This document shows, piece by piece, positions 36,601 to 45,054 of a stretch of DNA of 64,000 nucleotides (position 1 is the stretch's first letter; each line of letters starts with the position of its first letter). The stretch is from positions 69,467 through 133,466 of IMG/VR virus record IMGVR_UViG_3300047560_000604; one strand, given 5' to 3'. The stretch is from a virus. Below the pieces are notes generated by a model that made no database searches, was not told the DNA's origin, and saw only the letters and a list, made by a program, of their open reading frames with translations. The translations under genes were made by a program, and so were the position numbers.

Positions 36601-36941
36601 ACACTGACCAAGTTGACAAAGAGCAACGAATCAACCATCACAAGTTAGACGAATTCGCTCCTGGCAACGGAGATGATGGTTTACCATACGCTGAGTATCA
36701 AGTATATCAATGTAACCCTGAAGACCAATTTGATTGGATAGGTGGTCCATTATATCAAACAGATAGTATGGGTATGGCACACAAGTATGCTTATGAAAAG
36801 TATGTAAAGCATCGTCCAAAAGCGTTTATGGTTTGGCAAGAACGTAGTCAAGGCAGTCGTGGTAATTACGGTGTCAAAGGTCAATCAGACCATAACGAAG
36901 ATGATATGACCGAAAACAGTGATTATCTAGACGAAAAATAA
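33633..36941 (+). CDS. HIGH-motif nucleotidyltransferase domain fused to a modular polyprotein
   Basis: IMPGGFHPFHAGH and TSATEIR in the first ~160 aa; four (L/V)(D/N)EFAP junctions and other LxE sites downstream. Confidence 0.8.
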   Translation: MSLIVIMPGGFHPFHAGHMSLYNSAKEAFPGAELYVAATNDMSERPFPFSIKEKLAKLAGVQPGHFIQVKSPFQAKEITQNFNPEQDVLVFVRSEKDKNESPKPGGMKKDGSPAYFQPLEGNKDKLQPFGKHAYFAYLPTVKFGPGITSATEIRNAWPTLNEKRKLAMVMSLYPVTQQKPQLAKNVVKLLDAGMSGQPLSESLDGKNIDKANQVASMLYAVKPELFKRFGDEYVMDKIEQCVAQCGPDSASAQIATEVVRSLIDELKEAIQQPQKQDDSGGYMKYFAKPKEPKPTPEKRFNSWDEYEQSKDVKQPQPELEEARIMDRDALINAFYVSPEGRKHRVAEKIPYYLLDKLVGLLTKKYNITMNDIEVRPADQSQYRRSTQLDEFAPDEGGGSRKFIPWTEFIEQLKQILHKDFNCVENIVKSTIKARFVPHDPMEFGPTMLYSYYETRAGGRNKGAISTRGSIQVGKYFTGGLFGQEEKRLLTSFNLLKGHPFERHFDLTFDNIYKIANIIQGNTEGALEFQPQQKVNEFAPSPEFNGGDDEGDKAPNYAYDDGMAKGFGLSDNMTLDRAMKINSWSGEHVPHFIAGFIEGRRAKIRMDKKQHGIVGKLMKDGSIKQKQLDEFAPNGFDGFEDDNRVPMHFVVEKELYNRRSKWKKSRDADGVILFATKQEAIQAAEKFNKLDPNREFAYGGTQMVHVDDDLDENTSGVSVKKWANQVRKEHGADVKFRNRKEGGGAVDSVIAKNSQGETVGVYNRKTGYPTVYEPKQGLEENFDAQEFHRHMEKLRAREELRKTDPMKALVGDLIDKENEKRTPAKKPEDDSININDPRHPSYGALHNPLSDLNEGSEIAQPGQLVSIIQAPRILDLLPGETFEVRSSNEQGVTLKHGMGTKFDNVIFPHGTYKIVKAQGMKENIGRRGILKGLGAAMAAGAAGKASAIAGAFPTPSHQAAMYKAAADSNRAQARADAAEKAKADAERLQKNTDQVDKEQRINHHKLDEFAPGNGDDGLPYAEYQVYQCNPEDQFDWIGGPLYQTDSMGMAHKYAYEKYVKHRPKAFMVWQERSQGSRGNYGVKGQSDHNEDDMTENSDYLDEK

Positions 36942-36991
36942 TTTGACCCCCTCTTTACTGTGTAAATATCTTTATCTTTAAAGAGGACCAA

Positions 36992-37978
36992 ATGGCAACA
37001 AAGAAAACAACACCAAGAGAAACTGCAAAAGTTACCGGTAAACCAACTGGTAAGAAAACAGTTCCAGTAGAAAAAGTTCAGGAAATCGCTGAACAAGCAC
37101 AACAAGACAAACAGGCTGTACCGGGCCCCGGACAAGTTCAAGTTGACGTAGATTATTTACGTACTACACGTGTGCATATCGCTATGCCATGCTACGGTGG
37201 CATGTTGACAGAATCTACATTCATGTCATTTATCAAATGGGCTAACACTGCTCGTCAATTGGGGATCGATTGGACATTAGAAACAATGGTCAATGAATCA
37301 CTCATCTCACGTGCTCGTAACACACTAACAGCTAAGTTCTTAGAGCAACCTGAATCAACTCACCTGTTCTTTGTTGACGCTGACATTGGTTGGGAACCAT
37401 GGCACTTGTTAGTTCTATTGAATCGTAACGTTGACGTTATCGGTGGACTATACCCAATGAAGACTATGCCAATCAAGTGGGTAGTTAACGGCTTTGAAGG
37501 CGCAGAAGAAGGCGCTGACGGATTCCAAGAAGTATCTAAAGCAGGTACTGGTTTCTTGTTGATGAAGCGTCATGTGTTTGAGAAGATGAACAGTCACCCA
37601 GCAGTTAAACCATACAAAAACGATATCGGTTTAGATCCAAAATACGACAAACACTTGAAGACTTACTTCGACACCGCAGTGCGTCAAGGTCGTTACTACT
37701 CAGAAGACTGGACATTCTGTGAAAACTGGCGTGATTTAGGTGGTAAGATTTACGTTGATAAACGTGTCTTATTGCGTCACTCAGGTGCTTATGTATTCTG
37801 TATGGAAAATCAAGACCATCTATTGAATACAATCGGACCTATGTACTTAGAAGAAGTTAAAAAGCGTCAAAATGCAGCATCAGCAAATATGCAACCTGTA
37901 CCAGACTTAGCTACTCCCGCTAATCCACAAGCAAAAGCACCCGCAAAGAAAGCGGCTGCTAAGAAGAAAACAGCGTAA
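36992..37978 (+). CDS. GT-A (family 2-like) glycosyltransferase with basic termini
   Basis: HIAMPCYGG, NESLISRARN, THLFFVDADIGW (DxD), GTGFLLMKR, YYSEDWTFC. Confidence 0.7.
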   Translation: MATKKTTPRETAKVTGKPTGKKTVPVEKVQEIAEQAQQDKQAVPGPGQVQVDVDYLRTTRVHIAMPCYGGMLTESTFMSFIKWANTARQLGIDWTLETMVNESLISRARNTLTAKFLEQPESTHLFFVDADIGWEPWHLLVLLNRNVDVIGGLYPMKTMPIKWVVNGFEGAEEGADGFQEVSKAGTGFLLMKRHVFEKMNSHPAVKPYKNDIGLDPKYDKHLKTYFDTAVRQGRYYSEDWTFCENWRDLGGKIYVDKRVLLRHSGAYVFCMENQDHLLNTIGPMYLEEVKKRQNAASANMQPVPDLATPANPQAKAPAKKAAAKKKTA

Positions 37979-37999
37979 TATACAAAACGCTTAAAAATG

Positions 38000-38023
38000 A
38001 GGCTGTCAATGACAGCCTTTTTT
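38000..38023 (+). terminator. Intrinsic terminator
   Basis: AGGCTGTC-AAT-GACAGCCT followed by TTTTT. Confidence 0.85.
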
Positions 38024-38035
38024 CATAAATACTCT

Positions 38036-39115
38036 ATGAACCTTACAGAATTACACAATTTCAATCTAGGTGACGCAATTTACTTTCATTCGGATCTAAA
38101 CCAAGCAATATTTGACGGTGACCGCATGAACTCCGACGTCCGTCAACAACTATTATTGATAGCAGAAGATTTTATTGAACATCTAGGAATCAACCAGTTA
38201 GATGTTGCTGACATTACTATATCCGGATCTAACGCCGCATATACTTATACAAGACATTCCGATATAGACTTACATATCTTAGTTGATATGAGTAAGTTTG
38301 AAAATGACGATGTATACCGTGAGTTGTTTGACGCTAAAAAAGTCGTATATAATGACCAACATGACATTTACATCAACGATTATGAAGTAGAGTTGTATGT
38401 ACAAGACACAAACACCCCGGTGGTTAGCTTGGGTGAATACTCAGTAATGAACGATCATTGGCTTAGACTTCCCAGAAAACGTAGAGCACACTTTGACCAA
38501 GCAGCTACAAAACTAAAATACGATAAGATTTACAAATTAGCTGAATTTGCATATAGAAGCAATGATATGGGTAAGATTCAAAACGTACTCAAAACTTTGA
38601 AGAAATATCGTCAAGCTGGTTTAGATTTGAACGGTGAATTCGGCCCAGAAAACTTAGCATACAAGGCAATCAAGCACAAAAATATCATAAGCAAGTTGTA
38701 TGATAAGTTGAACAGTTTACACAGTGATAGATTAAGCCTACCTGAATCTAAATTATTAGATAAGCCAGAAATGTCTATCAGTCAACTAGCACATAAACAT
38801 AAAGTAGACAAGAAACATATTCAAGACCAGTTGAGTAAAGGCATCAAAATTGAAATGGAACATACATCTAAGTATGATGTTGCGAAAGAAATTGCTTTGG
38901 ATCATTTAGCTGAGGATCCTAATTATTACACGAAGTTAGACAAAGTTGGTTTAGAAGAATGCTCCGGGTACATTCCAAGCGAAAAAGAAAAGAATGATCC
39001 TCGTTGGGAACGTGCATTAAGTGTTGATGTAGGACCTAACGCAATCAAAAAGAACGCAAAAGCATTTGGGTTTAAAGTAACTCGTGCAGGTATTCCCCCA
39101 TTACTGAGAAAGTAA
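38036..39115 (+). CDS. Pol-beta-superfamily nucleotidyltransferase with C-terminal DUF5661-like module
   Basis: ISGSNAAYTYTRHSDIDLH (GS..DxD) and VELYVQD; C-terminal KGIKIEMEHT...AKEIALDHL.E.P.YYTKL. Start moved to ATG 38036, 4 nt after ATAAATA 38025-38031. Confidence 0.75.
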   Translation: MNLTELHNFNLGDAIYFHSDLNQAIFDGDRMNSDVRQQLLLIAEDFIEHLGINQLDVADITISGSNAAYTYTRHSDIDLHILVDMSKFENDDVYRELFDAKKVVYNDQHDIYINDYEVELYVQDTNTPVVSLGEYSVMNDHWLRLPRKRRAHFDQAATKLKYDKIYKLAEFAYRSNDMGKIQNVLKTLKKYRQAGLDLNGEFGPENLAYKAIKHKNIISKLYDKLNSLHSDRLSLPESKLLDKPEMSISQLAHKHKVDKKHIQDQLSKGIKIEMEHTSKYDVAKEIALDHLAEDPNYYTKLDKVGLEECSGYIPSEKEKNDPRWERALSVDVGPNAIKKNAKAFGFKVTRAGIPPLLRK

Positions 39116-39187
39116 GAAGATGGCAAAGACGGATTTACCTTGACAATATTCTAAAAGCGATAAATACATAATACACGGAAATTATGT

Positions 39188-42100
39188 ATGAAAATCAACA
39201 ATCTTTTAGAAAATATCACCCCAACTTCAAATCCTGACCAAGGTCAAGGTGGACAAGCTCCTAAATTCAGACGCTCAGATAAAGTCCTAGAAGACGATAA
39301 AATTGAGGAAACTACTGCAGGTGCGATTGCTAGTGTTGCTAGTCCTGTAGGAAAAGTTCAACGTAGAGGTAAAGGCTCTATGCTGCAGGGTATTAAAACT
39401 AGTAGTAAGTTTCCTAACTCAAAAACAGTCAAAGAAGCAGGTATCGGTAGTGTGACAGTTGACATGCCAATCAGACCAGATGGTCATCAACAAGCATTAG
39501 ATTTTCACAACAACGAAATAGATGACTTGGCTATGCAAGCTGAGCCTGAATTCAAAGCATGGATTGAATCAGCAGAAGAACAATTAGTAGCAGCAGAATA
39601 TGCTCGTAAAGACACTCATCATTTAGCCAAAGTATTGAGTGCTCAACAAGTTAAAAAGTTTGGCAGTAGGACTCTAGGTCAACAACTAGGTAGCGTGGTA
39701 ACGGGTTATAGTTATGCTTCTTACACACGAGAAATTAAAGCCATCATGGATGGCCCAGTGAGAACTGCAGGTAATATCATTGCTCGTAGAACAGAATTAG
39801 AAAACAATATTGAGTTTGTAAAACAAACATGGGGCAGAATGTCCCGAGACGAGCGCCAACAATGGGCAGCTAGTGTTGGTATGACGTATCAACAATTAGA
39901 GCATGTTGTTAGAACTGGTAAAATGCCAGAGCCACAAGCTGCTCAAGACACACAAGAAATTGAAGAAGGTTGGAAAGAAGATAGTCAGGCACATGAGGAA
40001 TTCCTACAACATGCACGTGAACAACTTAGTGCGGCGAATCCAAGAGAAAGAATGGCTCTAGCGGTTCGTTTATCTAACTTAGAAAAGAAGCACTTCGGTG
40101 ACGAAGTAGGGCAAGGATTTGATGCTAATACTGGAGTTAGTGCTACTAGTAATGGAATGAGTGCGGGAATTCAAGCTATACTATCATCAGTTGTAGCAGG
40201 TGATCAACCTAATAAACTAAACGCGGCACCATTTGGTAGTGCACCTGGATACAACAAACCAGGACCAGCAGTAGAATTACGTCCACAAGCATCATTACAG
40301 CCTAATAAGCCACTAAAGAGCATCTACCATCTAGATGGAACTGATTTTATGGACGATGAAGTTGAACCAGGTGAACAACAAAAAGCACAAGATATTCTTA
40401 ACTTGTATTACAATGCTGACGAAAAAACAAAAGCAGAATTAGAAGCTAGTCTTGTGAAGAACACAGGCTTGCCTTTAGAAGAAATCCTAGAGCGCATTAA
40501 AGAAATCGCTAGCGGTGACTTTTCTCGCATGAACGACATAGCAGAAGGTAATCAGTTCCCAGAGCCAAGAAAGCCTCTTTCAGGTCAAATCCCTAGCAAG
40601 AGCGAAGTTCTAGGTAAAGATGGTTTAATCTATCACTGGCGAGACCCACGTGCTAAACAAGTAGTTCAAGGTACAAACCTAAAGACTACAGGAAAAGCAG
40701 ACTTGGGTAATAACCCAATGAATCTACCTGCAGGTTACGGTGATGTTGTTCAACCTCAAGGCATGAAAGAAGCTAAGAAAGCTAACACTAAAACTGCTAG
40801 AAAAGAGTTTGGTAAGCGTCCACCTGCTAAACTAAGCGATAAAGAACAAGAAAAGAAAAAATCTGAATCAGATAGATTGTGGGATATGTTACAAGCACAT
40901 ATTGCACAAGCCGAGAAAGAGAAAGTCAATGAAGTAGATCCTCACAACTATGATAGTGATGAAGATTATTATGATGCAGTTGAAGCAGATGATTTAAATC
41001 TTGACCAGTTCACCGGTGATTGGACAATTCCTGATGAAATCGCAGTTTTGACAAATAGATTAAGATATGCAAAAAGTCAATATGAACGTGACTATATTAA
41101 AAATAGAATCAAGCGTTATGAGGACATCTACTACGGTGATGACGACTTAGAAGAAGCCAGAGTTGGTAATCGCATGAGCGACATTAGTGTTGGCTCACCA
41201 AAGATTGTTAACTACAAAGGCAAATCAGTAGGTGAAGTTGGTATTGACCACGAACCAAGTCCAGGTAATGGCCCTTATTATTGGAAACATTATCTAACTG
41301 GTAAGTACATGGTTGGATATGATACTAAACAAGAAGCATTAGCAGATTTGAAATATCTTGTGATGCAAAATGAAGGTAGTGAATTAGAAGAAGGCGTCTG
41401 GGGAGATACAGCTAAACTAGTTGGCATTCCAGCAGTAGCAGGCGCATTAGCAGTTGGTGCTGGCCATTTAGATAAACAACAACCACATGTTGAAGTTGGT
41501 GGACAAAGTGCTAAGATTGTTCGTGCTGATACAACAAAGATGCCACGTGATGCTATGTTACTAAAAGGTAAAGATGGTAAGATGTATCATGTGTGGATGA
41601 CTAGAGGTACAGGTTCAGGACACACATTACTTGCTAGTCCGGCAGAAGAAGTTAAAGAAAATATCGGCGGTCGTCATCGTAGTGATGGTACTGCTGGTGA
41701 AAGAAGTGGTGGATTCAAATACCCTGGTTACAAGCCTGGCATGAGCGATAGAGAACTAGCAAAGTTGCTAGACAAAGGCGCGGAAAAGCGTAGACAAGCT
41801 GAAAAACAAAAACAGCAAGGTGTGGCGGAAGGCTCGGACGACAACGAACCGTTTGATTACGAAGAATGGAAGGCTTCTACTGTGAAACCTCGCAAGCCTC
41901 GTGGACACAAAGAGGCAGAATTTATGATTCAACAACAGAAAGAAATAAATCGTAAACGCAAAGAGCAAGAGCAAGGTGTTGCGAAAGACGAATCTCAACC
42001 AACAAAGTATCGTGCTACAGTTGAGTATGGTCCTACTGCGGCAGACGCACATTTCGTCACTGTAACAGCAAACTCAACAGAAGAAGCAGAAGCTAAAGTT

Positions 42101-43087
42101 GCTTCATGGTGTAAGAAGAAGGGTGTTCGCAACCCAATGATTACTATTAACGGCGCCGACCGCGGAACAATGGGCCTTAACGCTAGTTTAGAACAACATG
42201 CTGATGACAAGATGAAAGAATTAGGTCATAAATTCAAGGGTGTAAAAGAATCTAGCGAATCAGACCGCATCCAAGCATTGTATGACAAGTTAGAAAGAAT
42301 GGAAGAGCGTTTAGGATATGATGATCCTAGAGTAAAAGCTATTCGTGATGAAATTCGTGGTATGAAAGATGAGTATCATGTAGTAGACGGCAACAAGTTA
42401 GATGAAAAGTCTAAGAGCCAAGCACAGTTCAGAACAATGGCAGCAGTAGCACACAATCCAAAGTTTGCTAAGAAAGTTGGCATCAGTCAGAAAGTTGGCA
42501 AAGAGTTTCATAGTGCTGACAGAGGTGCAAACTACAAGTCATTGCCAAAGAAGGTGGATGAAGCTGAAGTATCAGAAGATAAATTAGCTAGTGATTTGTA
42601 TAAAGATTTTCAAATCTTTAAGAAGGGCGCTGATAAAGATATCAGCAATAAAGCCAAAGATAAAGATATCGGTAGTAAGCCGAAAGATAAAGACATTATC
42701 AGTAAATCTGCTAAAATGACAAAAGAAGATAAAGACCCATGCTGGAAAGACTACAAACAAATTGGCATGAAGAATAAAGGTGGAAAGAAAGTTCCTAACT
42801 GCGTTCCAAAAGAAAGTGTCGAAGAAGATTGGCAGAAAACTAACAAACAAGACAAGACTGACGGTATGAGTCCAAAAGCAGTTAAAGCATATCGTAGAGA
42901 GAATCCGGGTTCTAAACTACAAACTGCTGTGACTAAAAAGCCATCAGAATTAAAAGCAGGATCTAAAGATGCAAAACGCCGTAAGAGCTTTTGCGCTAGA
43001 ATGAGTGGCAACAAAGGTCCAATGAAGGACGAAAAAGGTCGCCCAACTCCTAAGGCAAAAGCATTGAGCAGATGGAATTGTGAATAA
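39188..43087 (+). CDS. Large modular polyprotein with capsid-targeting-like leader
   Basis: MKINNLLE start; ~17 hydrophobic-x-E junctions; basic C-terminal modules (KDPCWKDYKQIG, RRKSFCARMSG); late motif 39160-39166. Confidence 0.75.
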   Translation: MKINNLLENITPTSNPDQGQGGQAPKFRRSDKVLEDDKIEETTAGAIASVASPVGKVQRRGKGSMLQGIKTSSKFPNSKTVKEAGIGSVTVDMPIRPDGHQQALDFHNNEIDDLAMQAEPEFKAWIESAEEQLVAAEYARKDTHHLAKVLSAQQVKKFGSRTLGQQLGSVVTGYSYASYTREIKAIMDGPVRTAGNIIARRTELENNIEFVKQTWGRMSRDERQQWAASVGMTYQQLEHVVRTGKMPEPQAAQDTQEIEEGWKEDSQAHEEFLQHAREQLSAANPRERMALAVRLSNLEKKHFGDEVGQGFDANTGVSATSNGMSAGIQAILSSVVAGDQPNKLNAAPFGSAPGYNKPGPAVELRPQASLQPNKPLKSIYHLDGTDFMDDEVEPGEQQKAQDILNLYYNADEKTKAELEASLVKNTGLPLEEILERIKEIASGDFSRMNDIAEGNQFPEPRKPLSGQIPSKSEVLGKDGLIYHWRDPRAKQVVQGTNLKTTGKADLGNNPMNLPAGYGDVVQPQGMKEAKKANTKTARKEFGKRPPAKLSDKEQEKKKSESDRLWDMLQAHIAQAEKEKVNEVDPHNYDSDEDYYDAVEADDLNLDQFTGDWTIPDEIAVLTNRLRYAKSQYERDYIKNRIKRYEDIYYGDDDLEEARVGNRMSDISVGSPKIVNYKGKSVGEVGIDHEPSPGNGPYYWKHYLTGKYMVGYDTKQEALADLKYLVMQNEGSELEEGVWGDTAKLVGIPAVAGALAVGAGHLDKQQPHVEVGGQSAKIVRADTTKMPRDAMLLKGKDGKMYHVWMTRGTGSGHTLLASPAEEVKENIGGRHRSDGTAGERSGGFKYPGYKPGMSDRELAKLLDKGAEKRRQAEKQKQQGVAEGSDDNEPFDYEEWKASTVKPRKPRGHKEAEFMIQQQKEINRKRKEQEQGVAKDESQPTKYRATVEYGPTAADAHFVTVTANSTEEAEAKVASWCKKKGVRNPMITINGADRGTMGLNASLEQHADDKMKELGHKFKGVKESSESDRIQALYDKLERMEERLGYDDPRVKAIRDEIRGMKDEYHVVDGNKLDEKSKSQAQFRTMAAVAHNPKFAKKVGISQKVGKEFHSADRGANYKSLPKKVDEAEVSEDKLASDLYKDFQIFKKGADKDISNKAKDKDIGSKPKDKDIISKSAKMTKEDKDPCWKDYKQIGMKNKGGKKVPNCVPKESVEEDWQKTNKQDKTDGMSPKAVKAYRRENPGSKLQTAVTKKPSELKAGSKDAKRRKSFCARMSGNKGPMKDEKGRPTPKAKALSRWNCE

Positions 43088-44556
43088 TGAAAATCAATAA
43101 CTTACTAGAATCTAAAAAACTTCCAGGACAATTCGGGGCACAAATTATGTCTCCTGAAGAGTTCGTTGCTGCTGACGAAGCAGGCATTGATGTCGATCCT
43201 AACAAGATCGACCAAGAACATGAAGAAGTAGCAGAAGATAAACCACAACGTGATACAAATCGTTTGTGGCAAATGATTACTGACTATGAGCGTAGAGCTA
43301 AAAATTCAAGTAGTGATATTCGTAAGCAACACTACATGAAGATGGCTGACGAATTACGTGCTAAGTTACCTACAAATGAAGCAACTGAACTGCCGGCTCC
43401 ACAGAAAGAATTCGGAGATCAAGAGTTCCAAGACTACATGAAACGTATAGTTGGCACACCTGATATCGATAAGAAAACAGGCTTGCCAAAGAAAGCTAAA
43501 GATAAGATTAGTAAGAAGACCGGTGAAGTTAAGCCGGGTGCTGAAAAGTATATCAGTGGTAAGACTAAATCTGACAAGTTCAAGATGCCTTACGTTCATC
43601 GTTCGAGCGTAGTAACTTACTACGATGCTGATGGTAAAAGATTCAGAGAAGAAGACGTTATTAACGCATTAAAAGTTCGTCCCAAATCGTTGTTAAAGCA
43701 AAACGAAAAGATGAAGCATTCAAACGGAGAGCTAGAACAGTTCTTCAACATTGGCTTCGCTGCATTGACAGGTATCGCTGTTGATGAATCTACAGGGAAA
43801 CTAATCATTGTTAACACATGTCCTGGTGCTGGTTCATGTAAAGTTGATTGCTTTGCTATGAAAGGTGGTAAGGTTCAGTTTAAGAATGCTTGGCTAAGTG
43901 ACGGTAAGATTCTTACATATCTATTGAATGATCCAAACGGATTCTTCAACCAATTATCAAAAGAGATTAGCAAAGAAGAAAAACTAGGCGACAAAGGTGG
44001 TTACACTGTGACTATACGTTGGCATGACGCTGGCGATTTCTTTAGCCCAGAATATTTAGACATGGCATTGAAGATTGCTGAAACACATCCGGGTGTTAAG
44101 TTCTATGCTTATACTAAGATGGCTAATGCAGCCTTAGCTAATAAGCCAGGTAACTTTATTATCAACTGGTCAGAAGGTGCTCACACTTCTCAAGAGAAAC
44201 AAGTTAAGCAAGATGACCCTGAACTAGAGAAGACAAAGAACAGTCGTATCGTTCCAGAGAAGTTATTCTATGACTTGTTGAAGAAAGATGCTAAGGGTAA
44301 CTTAGATAAAGAAGGTGCTGATGCTGAAGGGGCTGGAGGACGTTGGGTAATGCGTGATCCTACTGCAACTAAAGAGTTGAAGCAACGTTTAGCTGATTAC
44401 TACGGTATCAGTGCTAATAGTATTCTAAACTATGACGAGTATACAAGTAAGCCAAAAGTTGCTGGCATGAAGTACAACGTAATTGTTGCGCCAGGTGAGG
44501 GTGACATTAGTGCTAACGATCCTAACGTATTAGCTACACTATTATTGAAGCACTAA
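43087..44556 (+). CDS. GP88-like Cys-cluster protein with capsid-targeting-like leader
   Basis: MKINNLLE start (same as upstream gene); TCPGAGSCKVDCFAMKG, IRWHDAGDF, FYAYTK. Confidence 0.65.
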   Translation: MKINNLLESKKLPGQFGAQIMSPEEFVAADEAGIDVDPNKIDQEHEEVAEDKPQRDTNRLWQMITDYERRAKNSSSDIRKQHYMKMADELRAKLPTNEATELPAPQKEFGDQEFQDYMKRIVGTPDIDKKTGLPKKAKDKISKKTGEVKPGAEKYISGKTKSDKFKMPYVHRSSVVTYYDADGKRFREEDVINALKVRPKSLLKQNEKMKHSNGELEQFFNIGFAALTGIAVDESTGKLIIVNTCPGAGSCKVDCFAMKGGKVQFKNAWLSDGKILTYLLNDPNGFFNQLSKEISKEEKLGDKGGYTVTIRWHDAGDFFSPEYLDMALKIAETHPGVKFYAYTKMANAALANKPGNFIINWSEGAHTSQEKQVKQDDPELEKTKNSRIVPEKLFYDLLKKDAKGNLDKEGADAEGAGGRWVMRDPTATKELKQRLADYYGISANSILNYDEYTSKPKVAGMKYNVIVAPGEGDISANDPNVLATLLLKH

Positions 44557-44613
44557 ATATATGGATAGAACAGTTTTTGAATTCTATTTGAAGTATAAGG
44601 GAAACCCACCAAA

Positions 44614-45054
44614 ATGTTGTCAGACAATTTAAAAGTATTATTAGCAAGCACCCAAAGTTTTGCTATCAAGTCACAAAACTTTCACTGGAACGTTGAAGGT
44701 AGTGATTTCCCTCAGTATCACGAATTCTTTGATACATTATACGGAGATGTAGCTGGAACAATTGACAAGATTGCTGAGTACATTAGAATCTTAGGTCACT
44801 ATACACCTGGCAGCTTAACTCGCTATGCTGAACTATCAGTTATTCAAGACCAAACAAAGATCCCACGTGCTGAATTGATGTTCACTGAATCACTGCAAGA
44901 TTGTGAAACAATGATTCAATTAGTAACACAAATGTTCGATGAGGCAGCAAATGAAAAACAACATGGTATAGAAAACTACATGGCTGAGTTACAAGATTTG
45001 TATGCTAAGAAAGCGTGGTTCATTCGTTCGATATTAAAGAAAGCACGTGAGTAA
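44614..45054 (+). CDS. dps: Dps / ferritin-like DNA protection protein
   Basis: QNFHWNVEGSDFPQYHEFFD..Y...DKIAEYIRILG ferroxidase motif; TAAATA at 44554-44559. Confidence 0.9.
   Translation: MLSDNLKVLLASTQSFAIKSQNFHWNVEGSDFPQYHEFFDTLYGDVAGTIDKIAEYIRILGHYTPGSLTRYAELSVIQDQTKIPRAELMFTESLQDCETMIQLVTQMFDEAANEKQHGIENYMAELQDLYAKKAWFIRSILKKARE

Noticed and set aside
37997-38035. Track start for the nucleotidyltransferase
   Set aside because: Lies within the upstream terminator hairpin and before the late motif; ATG 38036 preferred.
44561-44632. 23-codon ORF overlapping the dps start
   Set aside because: Its ATG is 1 nt from the late motif, so it would lie upstream of the transcript start; no RBS.
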